DNA of 64,000 bases from Octopus vulgaris (taxonomy: Eukaryota), in the NCBI GenBank assembly GCA_951406725.2, contig OX597822.1, forward strand, positions 13,268,001-13,332,000, in the 5' to 3' direction. The notes under the pieces were generated by a model, which ran no database searches, was not told where the DNA came from, and saw only the letters and a program-made list of their open reading frames with translations. The position numbers and the translations under genes were made by a program. Of this stretch, positions 43,533 to 56,235 are shown piece by piece. The stretch's first letter is position 1, and each line of letters starts with the position of its first letter.

Positions 43533-43652
43533 ATTTCAGTGGTGCAACCTTATCCACTAATATACTAGTAAAGGTCCCTAAGCATTAATGTACAAAAGAA
43601 CAGACAGGTACATGTTAATTCGTGCATGTACATACATACAAACATATATACA

Positions 43653-43765
<113 letters not shown>

Positions 43766-44623
43766 CTAATTTTATTTTATTAAAGCCGAAAAAACTTCAG
43801 ATTGTGAAAACTTTTTCGGCTTCAGTAAAATAGCATTTCACTCTACATTTTGTAGTCGATTAATATTTTTTCCACATTGTTTTGTGCCTGTGCTTACTTC
43901 TGTGTGTGTATGTGTGTGTGTGGGGGGTATATATGTGTGTGTGTGTGTGTGCAATCATATATATATACATATTTGTAAATATGTATGTGTATGTGTGTTT
44001 GTGTGTATGTATAGTTCAAACTTACAATACAACAAAAGACAAAGAAATGTGCATGAACAACAAGTGTATTAGTCTGACACTCCAGAAAAATGGAAAAAGT
44101 ATTTTATGTTTCGAACCTATGCTCTTCAACAGAAAGGAATAGGAAGAAATAAATAGAATGAAAATAAAACGTGTTGAGTTCAGGGGTCATGTATATACAT
44201 ATATACATGCATATATGTATATTTTTATATTTACACACACACACACACACATATATATGCATACACACATACATATTTATGTATATATATATTTGTATAT
44301 GTGCGTGTGGGGGGCTGTGCGTCTACGTATACATATATGACGCGTACGTAGAAGAATAGTTTGTATGTAATCTAGCCTTGTGTTTTAGAGTAAATATTTA
44401 TTATTGAAATTAAAAGCTTCAATACCTCGCAGTTACCAAGGGTCCCATCATTTTAAGGGGGACTTTCCAGAAGGGTTGAGCTCTGTAAAAATGCATGCAT
44501 TGATGTTTGATTTGATCTGTAGCTGCTCTGTATTTTGAAATGCTTATCATGTTTACCTGCGTGGCTTTGGTGGTAGTGACGGGGGGGGCACATGGGGCTG
44601 ATGGTGGTAACGCTGGTTGGCGA

Positions 44624-45384
44624 TCATAAAATATATTTATTACGATATACGCATCTACATATCTTACTTAAAGTATACACATCGTGATAGGAAAACAACG
44701 TCAACAGCAACAATTCTGCATCACAGCATCGATGTTTAACTGCAACAAAAACCATAATAATCCTTTCTACACTAGGCACAAGACCTGAAATTTTGATCGA
44801 CCACAGTGCGCAATTTATCGATCCAGAAAGGTTGAAATACAAAGTCGATCTCGGCGGAATTTGAACTCAGAACGTAACGACGTTGTACTAACGTTTCTAC
44901 CAGCTCGCCGCATTACAAAAACCACAATAACCATAATATATGTACCAGAACACATAAACTACATGTACCCTTTACGTTACAGAAACCTCGCGTTCCGGAT
45001 AATCTTCTCATAATGTGAGATTCCATAAAGTGAAACCAATTGTTTATGGCCTACCCCGAGTTACATTCTGATCTAAGATAATTATGACAATTATCTTATG
45101 AGTTCAAAAATGCTACAACTAATTTCACGAAGCTCTTTATAATATAGTAGTAGTGCGGTTTGCCTGATAAGGGTCATTCCTCACAGGGCCCGCTTCTTGA
45201 AAATGGAACAAAGAGGTTGTTTGTGTCTGTCTTAGTGGTTAAGTAATTTTTATGATTATGGTGGCTGTAACAGGGATGTGGTGATAATTATCGTGAGAGG
45301 ATGTTAGTGTTGGTCATAAAATATATTTATTAATATACGCATCTACATATCTTACTTAAAGTATACACATCGTGATAGGAAAAC
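44624..45384 (+). repeat. About 72-bp direct repeat (44624-44696 and 45314-45384)
   Basis: tcataaaatatatttatta..atatacgcatctacatatcttacttaaagtatacacatcgtgataggaaaac occurs twice. Confidence 0.9.
44761..44914 (-). mobile_element. SINE group B, internally deleted, with 16-bp TSD
   Basis: TSD acaaaaacca(t/c)aataa at 44745-44760 and 44915-44930. Confidence 0.85.
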
Positions 45385-45638
45385 GTTACTGCAGTGTTCA
45401 TCAGGAGATACCATCTCTTGCGGATGCACTATGTTGAAGCAAAATATATATCGGAGTCAGAGAATATTCATCTCGGCAGCGGCGTGTGAGAGCACAAGAT
45501 GCATTTCTGACTTGTTGGGTGTTATCAATAACATATATTAACAGCCAGCATGCCTAGATGAAATTTGTCTCCACATATATATGTATGTAGGTGTATAGAT
45601 AGATAGATAAATAGATACATACATACATACATAAATAC

Positions 45639-45885
45639 GTACCAATAAAATTGGAGCACTAGGTTTTGTTAGTAAACGCTTAAAGGAAAATCTGGATAAA
45701 CTGGGATTTTCAGAAAGAGAAATCGACCGACTGATTTATAAATGCAGTCTGTGAGTGGAACAGTAAAAATATGCAAGACTTATCTCAAGTTCTAAATGTG
45801 AATTTGTCTGTGTTAACTACATCCCAAAGGTGGAGCCTTGTATCTTTGTTGGAAACCGGTTCGGTCCTCAGTGGAAGATTTATAA
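45639..45885 (+). mobile_element. RLE-type non-LTR retrotransposon extreme 3' end
   Basis: Frameshifted VPI / IGALGFVSKRLKENLDKLGFSEREIDRLIYK / QSVSGTVKICKTYLKF*, then a short 3' UTR. Confidence 0.65.
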
Positions 45886-46038
45886 TAATTAAAAAATAGA
45901 ATATATATATATATATTATAATAATATATATATAAATAGAAAAAAATTAGTATTTCTAAATTGAATTTTTCCTAAAGTTGGAATAATATTCCCTCTAAAT
46001 TGAATTTTTTCCCTGTAAGTTGGAATAATATTCCCTCA

Positions 46039-46126
<88 letters not shown>

Positions 46127-46345
46127 CTTTTATTATTTTACTGGTTTCAGTCATTTGACTGCAGCCATGCTGGAGCACCGCCTTTAATGAAATGAAGACC
46201 CCAGGACTTATTCTTTGTAAGCCTAGTACTTATTCTATCGGCCTTTTTCGCCGAACCGCTAAGTTACGAGGACGTAGGCGCAACAACATCGGTTGTCAAG
46301 TGATGATGGGAGACAAACACAGACACACAAACACACACACACACA
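46127..46345 (-). mobile_element. SINE group A 3' half
   Basis: gtttcagtcatttgactgcagccatgctggagcaccgcc...gccgaaccgctaagttac. Confidence 0.9.
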
Positions 46346-47084
46346 TATATGCGTAGGCTCGAAACATAAAAGACTTCCTCACCTTCCCGAGCGTTAAACT
46401 AGTACACCTGTTTGTTGTTTACACACCTGTCTTCGTCTTTTACTATTTTATATTATATTCATATGATATACATATATTGGTGTGGTCACTTAATATTGTC
46501 CAAGTGGAAGGATCACTGGAGTAATGTTACTCAACAGGAAACGGAGATCTGAGATCAGGGAGTCTTTCCGGTCGAGAGGCTATTTCTCCGCATTGTGAGG
46601 TTACAGTTCCGGTACAAAGTACCTCTGGTTAGAATTTAGCAGGAAAGAATTGTAAGACAAAGTTTTCAAGTTGAGCCTACCAGCAGAGGTATACTATTTT
46701 CTCAGTTGGTCAGGCTTGGAAATCAAGCCGGAATGTCTATGAGGATGGTAGTGGTGAGGTGAAAATTTCCTGGCTTTGGGTAAAAGAAAATACAGGAGGA
46801 TCAGTTAATTATGATTTTATTCACCATAATTGCACTTATTAAGATTCACACTTATTGCAGCGGTCCTTTAGATTTTATAAGCCCAGTAAAAGAACTCGAA
46901 CGGCTGAGCCTTTAGCCAGGCCTTGTCGCGATGCCCTCACAGCCAGGATCTTTCCAGCACCCCGTCGTAATTATGGTTGCTAATGATAGGTTTCTATGAA
47001 GGGGACACTTGAGGTGTCTATACCCACGACACTCCCAGAAAAGTGAATGTAGAAAATAGTTTGATGGACGAATGGATTGATGAA

Positions 47085-47268
47085 TAGATGGATGGATGGA
47101 TGGATGGGTGGATGGATGGATGGATGGATGGATGAGATGGGTGGATGGATGGATGGATGGATGGGTGGATGGATGGATGGATGGATGGATGGATGGATGG
47201 ATGGATGGATGGATGGATGGATGGATGAGTGGGTGGATGGATGGATGGATGGATGGATGGATGGATGG
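47085..47268 (+). repeat. (GGAT)n microsatellite
   Basis: Seen directly. Confidence 0.95.
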
Positions 47269-47749
47269 GTAGTAATTTTTTTGCTTATACAGGGATTGGC
47301 TATAAGTCACTCAATAGTAAATCAAAATTCCATAAAAACTATCTCTAATTCTGTATTGACGACCCGAATGGGAAAATGTGTCGCTCAAGAAGGACTTCAG
47401 TTTGAACAATGCTCCTGATGTTTCATATTTAGATGTCTTTTTAAAATTCATTCATTCAGTTGTTAAACACAAATAAATCTTGGAATGGTTTTGATCTACT
47501 CTCAGGTCACTGAGCCAACCCTGTACGTGCAAATGTGATTCAACGTTGTTGATGTTATAGTATGTGTTGTTGATATTCCCCACGGATTTCTTTGCATACT
47601 AATCACAACGTAACGCGGAGTTACGCAAAAAAAAGTCGGCTTTACGATACAGAATAACTGATTAAGAGATTTTATAGAACGCGCCGTTTCTTTAACGAGA
47701 GATACACCTGTTGTTCATCTGTTGTTCATCTGCTGTTCATCTGTAATGC

Positions 47750-48131
47750 TATATTGTGTTTGTTGTTGCTGTTATTGTTGGTTTCTCCCATGTTGAACTT
47801 ATCGTCGTCGTCAGCGTCAGCGTCAGCGTCAGCGTCAGCGTCTTCAACGTAATCTTCCATTTTTGTTGTTATCGATGACGTCGTCTTCGCTGTTATCGCC
47901 ATTTTTGTCCTCCTCTGTGCCAATAAAATTTTTGTTGCGGTTGCTGCCATCGTCATCGTCGTAATCACTTCCGTTGTTGTTGTTGTTGTTGTTGTTGTTG
48001 TTGCCGCTACTTTTGTTGTTGAAACCATCATCGTCATCGTCGTCGCGATCGACGACGGTTTCCTTGCTGTGACTTTTGTTTTTGTTTTTGTTCTTAATGC
48101 TGTTCTTCCCCACTTCCCACTCCTCCAGCTT

Positions 48132-48162
<31 letters not shown>

Positions 48163-48622
48163 TTCTTCTTCTTCTTCTTCTTCTTCTTCTTCTTCTTCTT
48201 CTTCTTCTCCTTCTTCTTCTCCTTCTTCTTCTTCTTCTTCTCCTTCTTTTACTTCTTCTTTCTTTCTTCTTTCTTCTTCTTCTTCTTCTTCTTCTTCTCC
48301 TCCTCCTGCTTCTTCTTCTTCTCCTTCTTCTTCTCCTTCAGTGTTAATGTGGTTCCTTGAGGCAGTTAGAATGTGTCTAGATTTGAAGCAACTGGTCACT
48401 AATCTGCAACAAACATCAATTGAATGCTAGCTAGCCCTGATCGATTATCGATTGATTCTTCACATGTGGTGCGTTCAGGTAGATGGAAGCGACGGGATTG
48501 GATGAGGTAGAGGTTGGTGGTGATAGCGATGGTGGTGGTTATTGTAGTTTTTGTGTGCTGGGGGTTTACAATGGTGTTAATGGTTATGGCGATAGTAAGA
48601 GTGGTGGTGGTGGTCAGGGTTG

Positions 48623-48657
<35 letters not shown>

Positions 48658-49850
48658 GTAGTAAGGATTGCAGTAGTGGTGATGGTTAAGGCGTTGGTGA
48701 AGGTTGCAGTTATGGACGTATTGGTGGTGGTGGTAGGGTGGTGTTGTTACTGATGGTTATGGGGTGGAAGGGTGGGTAGTGTTAGTGATTTTAACGGTTA
48801 TTAATGGTAGCGGTGGAGCGGTGGAGCGGTGGTAGAGGTAGACAGTAGTGGGGTGGGTGGCGTTGGTTTGAGGGCGGTGGTTGTGGTGCTGGCAGTGGTG
48901 GTGGTGATGGTGACGAGGTCGTCGTTTAGGTGAGAGTGTTGGATGAGCTGGTGACGGTTATGTTTATGGTGGCGGTGGGGACGGCGGTGTGGTGGTTGTG
49001 GTGGTGGTAGTAGTAGTAGTAATGGTAGTGATATGGTGTCGATATCAACGGTATCTGTGACAATGCTAGTGGTGGTGGCGGTGGAGATGGCGTTTACTTT
49101 TATAGTGCTGCGAATGGCATTAAAAGAGGGAAGATGTGGTGGGGGTATTAGTTCAAGTCTGTCTGTTCGTCGTAAATTTAAATACTGTCCGGCCATTTTG
49201 TCAGTGTCACATGCTTTTAAAAGCAGATAAAATATATCGATTTCTTTTTCATTTGAAATCGTTTCATGATGATATATGGGGTAGAGATGGGGGCCAGCTT
49301 TTGTTGTGATGGAGGCGGCGGCGGTGGCGATGGTGGTGGTGGTAGTGGTGGTGGTGATTATGGCTGCGACGCTGGTGGTGGTATCTGTTGGTGGTGGTAG
49401 CGTTGGGTGAAGTGTTGTTGTCGTCGTCATCGTCGTCGTGATGCTGAGGATGCTGATGATGGTGGTGGTGGTAGGATATATGATGTTGGAATTTGGTGGA
49501 GGTGGTGGTGGTGGTGGTGGTAGAGGTGATTGTTGTTGTGACGGTGGTGAGAATGATAGTAGTGATGGTGGGGATGCCGATCGTGGTGGTGGTGGTGGTG
49601 GTGGTAGCCTTTGTTTTCATTTTTGGTTGATGTTGTAGTTGTAGCGATGGTGGCAATGATGGCAATGGTGAAGTTTGTTGTAATGGTATGGGTAAAGGAG
49701 GTGAGACTTGGGCTTTAAGAAAGTGGGTATGGTAAGATGGTGGTGGTGGTGGTGGTGGTGGTGGTGCTCCTAGTGCTGGTGCTAGTGTTGGTGATGGTAA
49801 GGGTAGTACTTGCGGTTGTAGCAACGGTGCTGTGATGATAGAAGTGGTCA
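47750..49850 (+). repeat. Low-complexity trinucleotide region ((GTT), (CTT), (GGT), (GAT))
   Basis: Seen directly; (CTT)n at 48135-48338. Confidence 0.85.
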
Positions 49851-50130
49851 AGACGGTTAGAGATTAAATACCTTTTGGTCATATCTACTGTCCTAGGCCT
49901 GACAGAAGCTAAATAACAACTGCAAGCAGCAGGGACGGAGCCACTTATCGTATCTTCTTACATAAAAGTCGAATTTTTCAAAATGATAGATCGACTTATA
50001 CATGAAGAAAACTTTGGAGGACTATAAATTCTCAGTGAAACACAGCAGGATTTGAAGAAGTAGTGACGATGGTTGAATGTTTATTCTATATATTTACATT
50101 GTACTCTTGTACTCTGGAAAATGAGGTAAA

Positions 50131-50512
50131 TCTCTCTATATATAAAGCTGACGTTGAATGGCAGGTTTGGTAGCCTCAACTAACACTATCTCCTCCGAGA
50201 CCCTGCGGTGCAAGTTGACCAAAATTGAGAGTATGATAGAAGAAGACTTGATCTTTCTTCCGTAGAAGAAAAAGTTCAAATTGGACCATGTTAACACCAA
50301 AAATATTTACATCAAAAAGGTGCTTTTCTTCTATGAAAATCCCTATTTTTTTACGATTTGTTGACCGCTGTGTCGCTATTTTTCGGTGTATTTCAAACAG
50401 AAAAATGAGCACTTAAAGAGAAGAAGCTACATAATGCAAAATTTTTACTTTTCAAAAATTCCAATTCTAAAGGGTCGAAACAAACCCGAGCAACGCCAGG
50501 CGATACTGCTAG
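50131..50512 (+). mobile_element. Non-autonomous Helitron (same family as 22474)
   Basis: A|TC start, cccgagcaacgccagg hairpin region, CTAG|T end. Confidence 0.85.
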
Positions 50513-50613
50513 TAAATCATATAGAACAAGCATTACTTCTTATTGTGTAGCGCATCTCTGATATGCCCTGCAATTCAAACAACCGTGAACTTGTTATTGT
50601 TGTTGCTCTTTCT

Positions 50614-50838
50614 AAGGCGATGAGCTGGTTGAATCGTTTGCACGTCGGACAAGATACTTAGTGGCATTCTTTTTTTTTTTCGGCCCTTTACGTACTGAGA
50701 TCAAATTCCGCTATGGTCGAATGTGTCTTTCGTCCATTCGGGGCCGAAAGAAATAAGTGCTAGTGGGAAACTGGGGTCGGTGCAATCATCTTGCTCCTTC
50801 TCTCAAATATTACTGGCCAGTTGACGTGTTTCGAGACT
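50614..50838 (+). mobile_element. SINE group B
   Basis: aaggcgatgagctgg...tgagatcaaattccg...ctttcgtccattcggggccga. Confidence 0.75.
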
Positions 50839-50857
50839 ATTATTGTTGCTGGTGTTG

Positions 50858-51234
50858 CGGTTGCTGCTGTTGCTGTTGAGCGAACGGTTTTCGTCCCAGA
50901 GCTCGCAAGATGGGAGAAGTCCGAAATGTGGTCCTTTGCTATTCGTAAGACCCGCAGAAAAGAAAGCAGGTCAACCTCCGACATCGAGAACATCGACGGA
51001 TGGATGAATGCGCATCCAGGCTCAGCGGTTGCGTAGGAAGTCGGGGACAAGAAACAGGAAGAAAGAGTGAGAGAAAGTCGGGGCGAAAGAGTACAATAGG
51101 GGTCGCCAATAGGAGCCTCGTGGAGATTTAGGTGTTTTCGCTCAATAAACACACACAACGCCCGGTCTGGGAATCGAAACCGCGATCCTCCGACCGCGAG
51201 TCCGCTGCCCTAACCACTGGGCCATTTCGCCTCC
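50858..51234 (-). mobile_element. tRNA-derived SINE (OR-like head) with alternative tail
   Basis: Head nearly identical to the 61932 copy; diverges after tttctctcact...cttcctgtttct; TSD-like ttgctggtg(t/a)tg at 50846 and 51237. Confidence 0.85.
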
Positions 51235-51569
51235 GCTTGCTGGTGATGTTGTTGTCCTTGTCAACGTCATCGTTATTGTTGCTGTAGTTGTGTTGTTGTT
51301 GGTGGTGGTGGTCACCGTAGTGATAGTCGGTGCATTGGATTATTTTTAGCCCTATTGCAATCCTGATCAAGCAGTGATACGATCATAAGCATTCCATGTG
51401 TTACCATCCCGTCTTTATTTTCTTAAATGTAAAAGAAACCACAGGATGGCATCAACAAGTTTGTCAAATATAAGACATTTCTATCCAATAGAAGACTGAG
51501 GATGAAGTCGTCTTAAAGAAAGATCCTTATCGCAGATATTCCATTCTGTGAACAATCGGAAGCAATATT

Positions 51570-51751
51570 ATTTATATTATTTACATTGTTTACATTTGAC
51601 AGATATTTGTCTTCATCTTGTTTGTTGTTAACACAACGTTTCGGCTGATATACACTCCAGCATTTATCAGGTGTCTTGGGGTAATTTAGAACCTGGGTTC
51701 TCATTCCTAAGGTATTTTTCGATGCTCTTTTTGTTGTTATTATTGTTATTA

Positions 51752-51826
<75 letters not shown>

Positions 51827-51923
51827 GGTCACAGCCTAGAATCAAACTCGGAATCTTGGGTTTAGTAGCCCGCGCTCATAACCACTACTCCAAGATTCCG
51901 AGTTCGATTCCAGGCAGTGACCC

Positions 51924-51989
<66 letters not shown>

Positions 51990-51991
51990 TG

Positions 51992-52058
<67 letters not shown>

Positions 52059-52063
52059 TAATA

Positions 52064-52102
<39 letters not shown>

Positions 52103-52287
52103 TTAACATCGAAAAATACCTTAGGAATGAGAACCTAGGTTCGAAATTTCCCCAAGACACCTGATGAAGGCTGGAGGGTATATCAGCCGAAACGTGTTAA
52201 CGACAAACAAGATGAGGACAAATATCCGTCAAATGTAAATAATATAAATGATGTATCTAATTCCTCATCTCTTAAATATAGAACTAC
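51570..52287. mobile_element. Head-to-head inverted pair of a tRNA-head + (AAT)n + HHR-tail element, with 15-bp TSD
   Basis: Minus unit about 51888 to 51570; plus unit about 51890-52287; B-box gagttcgattcc at 51900-51911; TSD atcggaagc(a/t)atatt at 51555-51569 and 52288-52302. Confidence 0.85.
52156..52198 (+). ncRNA. Minimal type I HHR motif (mirror copy 51630-51675 on minus)
   Basis: Three-copy consensus GACAC CTGATGA a GGCTG-loop-CAGCC GAAAC GTT GTGTT; each copy carries a private lesion. Confidence 0.75.
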
Positions 52288-52317
52288 ATCGGAAGCTATA
52301 TTTAAAAAAATACGTCT

Positions 52318-52470
52318 TTCTAATTTTGGCAGATGCCTAGCTATTTTTCGTGGGGAGGGGCAAGACGATTACATCGCCCCTCCTTCCAGTGTTTGACTTG
52401 TAATTTATTTTATAAAACCCTGCAAAATGACGGTTGAAGTCGACCGTGGCAGAATTTGAACTGAGAACCT
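52318..52470 (-). mobile_element. SINE group B, degenerate
   Basis: gggcaagacgattacatcg...aagtcgaccgtggcagaatttgaactgagaac. Confidence 0.6.
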
Positions 52471-53075
52471 AGAAAAAGGAGCCAAATCTAAAATCACACT
52501 AGAGTCTCTTTAAAATACGAATGAGACATTGTCTTATTTATCCTATGACATATCAGTCCTAGATATACTATACTATGTTTATTTCAACCGGACCTTTAGC
52601 TTCTCAGTTGAATACCAACGGGTATCACTGGTATCATCTTTGAATTTCATTATTCTGGTGTCAATAGAATAAAAGTAGTAGGCCAGAATGTTAGATTGGG
52701 CAGGAATATTAGAACGTTGGATGTTTTGCAATATCTGTTTCGGTTCTTCTTGTACTCAACGACCAGTTAGGTATGACGAATTTGTCTAAGTCTAGTTAAA
52801 TTGAAAATAAAAAAGAACACTCGACGGAAGGCGACAGCAGAATGTCTTTTTATTCTGTCAGGAGAAAAGCCATGACAAGCCATATAAGTCGTCAAACAAG
52901 TCACCAGGTGTCGCTCACTTATATGATGATATAAGTAAGTCTGGGAGTAACTAAACAATAACATCTACAACAAAAGCAGCATCAACCATCACTGACAGCG
53001 AGAAGATTCCAGATAAAGAATAACAGCACCATAGAGAAAATCTAGATATTTTGCTAAAATTAGAAGACTCCAGAG

Positions 53076-53272
53076 CAGTGCTTCTCAAACGCGGCTCAGC
53101 AAGCCGCATGCGTGCCTCAAGCATCCTTCCGGTTGCCCCCTACCACCTTCTCACTATAAATATAATATTTTTTTCTTTAATTGACTTATGTTTTACTTTT
53201 ATTGAGTGCAGCCCCTGAAAACAAACCAGGCTTTGCATCTGGCCTGGATATTAAAACGGTTGAGAACCAATG
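53076..53272. mobile_element. hAT (Charlie-like) MITE
   Basis: TIRs cagtgcttctcaaac and ggttgagaaccaatg; flanks ctccagag and atctagac resemble the NTCTAGAN target. Confidence 0.7.
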
Positions 53273-53280
53273 ATCTAGAC

Positions 53281-53467
53281 CAGTGCTCCGCAACCTGATT
53301 TGCACTTGCGGCACACTTATACTCTTTTTAAAATTCAGTGACATACCTGAACTAAAAACATAACTAAATGTATAGGGGAAGAAATTATATTCAGGTTACA
53401 CTGCGGCACATCTAGCATCGTCTCGTGGCACACCAGTGTGCTGTAGCATACCGGCTGTGGACCATTG
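53281..53467. mobile_element. Second hAT MITE abutting the first
   Basis: TIRs cagtgctccgcaacc and ggctgtggaccattg; 8-bp TSD atctagac / atctaaac; internal gcggcacac motifs. Confidence 0.75.
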
Positions 53468-53989
53468 ATCTAAACTGCACGTTTGTTAGGAACCAGAAAA
53501 GATTAAACAAATACAGATAAAGTCGTTCATCCAATGTCGCTGATTAGAGAGATTAAACTGGGATCGACACACTTTTACTCCAATTTATTTCATCCCTGAT
53601 TCTTTCCATCTTTTATGAAGAATATATCTCACTACATCATCCAAATGTGTCTCTTTTTAAGACAGTAGAGGTTTGTTTCCATGGTAACTCCTATTTCTTG
53701 ACATTAATCATATATTGTGGAGATAATTTTCTTTAAAATATAAATATTAAGCAGTCAAAAATGTGAAAAGTAGTGCTCTCAATAAAATAACTGTAGCAGA
53801 TTCTGAACATGTTTGGTAGAGTACTTTCAGAGAATAGAAAACTTTTAGAGAAATATAAAACCTAATCAAGATGCTGTACGCAGCCAACGCATCATACAGA
53901 CCTGTGCTTTGCTGCGAAATGAAAGCACGCAAGGAAAAATAGCATCGGTGAAAAAAACAAGCGAGTAAATAACAAAATGATAACACAAC

Positions 53990-54339
53990 TGATAATAATA
54001 ACAACAACGATGACGGAGAAGATGATGCTGCTGCTGGTGATGATGATGATAATGGTGATGGTAATGATGACGACGACGACGACGATGATGATGATGATGA
54101 CGACAACGACGACGACGACGATGGTGGTGGTGATGATGATGATGATGATGTTGATGATGATGATGATGACGATGATGATGATGATGATGACGATGATGAT
54201 GATGATGATAATGACGACGACGATGATGATGATGACGACGACGACGATGATGATGATTATGATGATGATAATGATGATGGCAACGACAATAGCAACAACA
54301 ACGACAGCTTCAACAACAACGATAAAAAACAATATTAGC

Positions 54340-54398
<59 letters not shown>

Positions 54399-54437
54399 TA
54401 ATAACAATAATAATAATGAAGATGATAATAATAATAT
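53990..54437 (+). repeat. (GAT/GAC)n then (AAT)n microsatellite
   Basis: Seen directly. Confidence 0.9.
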
Positions 54438-54717
54438 AATAGGTTTATAATGAAGTGGAGTGAAAGGAGGAAGGAAAAATAACATTTCAATAATGAAAGA
54501 ATAACAGAGAAGAGCAAAGATATCGAAAAATATTTACGAAGAGAAGAAGAAAAGTGCAATTTAATCCGAATCTCTGTATTCCAGCAGATGTTGTTCGTTT
54601 ATTCCATTTTAACCATTGTCTTCACTTATGGGTGCTAGATCTGTAAGAGGTCCTTCCCATACATATATATAGACATGCATTACGCATACGTGTATGTGTG
54701 GGTGTGCATGTGTATGT

Positions 54718-54763
<46 letters not shown>

Positions 54764-55696
54764 GTATGTATGTATGTAAGTATATATATAAATATGTATA
54801 TGTGTGTATGTATATATATGTGTGTGTGTATGTATGTATGTATAGTGCTATATGAATGTATGTATATGTATATCTAGGTGTGTCTGTGTGCACGTGAGTC
54901 TGTGAATGGTATTTGGTACGAGGAAACAGTGGCAGAACAATGTGCAACGTTCTATTTTCGTGAATACATATTTTTTTTTATATTTTGTTTCAGTTTTATT
55001 ATCGTTTTTTTTTTTTTAGAAGTTTCAATTTTTTTTTTTTTAAATATATCTTGCAACAAAACCTCTGCTTGTGTCGTAGCACTTTTCTTTCCTCCTTTTT
55101 TTTAGTTTTTCACTGGTTGGTGAGCTGGTGGTTTTTCTCTCGCTAAACACACATATATGCATAAGCACACGTGTGTATGTATGTATGTGTGTGCGCGGGC
55201 GTATGTGTATACACGTATGCCTCTATGCATGTGTGCGTATGTGAGCGTGTGTGTATATTCGAAATTTCGTCTTGTTTTCGAACCGTTTCGGGAGTGGTTT
55301 TAAATTGAGTCAACAACATCCGGGCTCTTCTCACAATCCATATACATGCACACACACACACACACACACACAGGCACATGCACACGTACACACACACGTA
55401 CACACACACACACACACAAGCACTGACACAAATGCAAGAGCTCACAATCGCACACGCATATACACACAGACATATGCACTTACGTGCTTATATATATATA
55501 TATGCGTGTGTGTGTGCGTGATTGTATGTATATGCGTATACATGTATGTGTGCGTGTGTTGAGGGAGAAGGAGAAAGATTTGAAACAATGAAAGGGAAAC
55601 AATGATAGAGGGGAACATACTAAAATGTAAACAGATAAAGGGGAATAGTGATTAAAGGGAGTGAATGATATATACATATATATGTATATATATATT

Positions 55697-56148
55697 TAAG
55701 TAGGTGAATGAATTATCCTATGTTTATCGTCAGCATGGAAAATTCGTTTAACCGATACCTGGGTAGCAAATTCACGTCAGAAAACACGGTTGAAGCGACC
55801 TGTCAAGGGTAGAAACTCCGGGTTCATGTGTAGAAATTTGTGTGTTGTATATGAATAAATGAAAGAATGGAGTCGAACGAAGATGTTAACAAAATTCCTT
55901 TATTCTCGACACATGTTTTGAAGACAGCATATTTTCATTCCGAAGGAATAAAGGGTGCATTATGCAATCTTCTCATCAGGAAAGAAAAGGAGCCTCTCTC
56001 GACAACATGACAAGGCTTTTTTTCTTTCCTGATGAGAAGATTGCATAATGCACCCATTTATTCCTTCGGAATGAAAATATGCTGTCTTCGAAATATGTGT
56101 CGAAAGTAAATGAATTTTGTTAACATCTTCGTTCGACTCCATTCTTTC

Positions 56149-56151
<3 letters not shown>
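55697..56151. mobile_element. PLE-like fold-back element in (TA)n, arms 55858-55995 and 56013-56151
   Basis: Inverted arms with several mismatches; unique left extension shared with 20718 and 32057. Confidence 0.85.
56024..56106 (+). ncRNA. Type I HHR with canonical core
   Basis: CTTTC CTGATGA GAAGA ttgcata...tatgctg TCTTC GAAA t atgt GTC GAAAG; GUC site. Confidence 0.85.

Positions 56152-56232
<81 letters not shown>

Positions 56233-56235
<3 letters not shown>

Noticed and set aside
44428-44614. Possible MITE with cag(cg)ttacca termini
   Set aside because: TIR match too short and no TSD.
46500-47050. Possible L1/Tx1 3' remnant
   Set aside because: No recognisable protein motif by eye; left unassigned.
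47517-47540. aaccctgtacgtgcaaatgtg as a miR-10-like microRNA
   Set aside because: Only the seed-like start matches, and I see no precursor hairpin.
48801-49851. Pro/Thr-rich ORFs as mucin- or extensin-like exons
   Set aside because: Derived from GGT/GAT low-complexity DNA that is open in several frames; no supportable exon structure.
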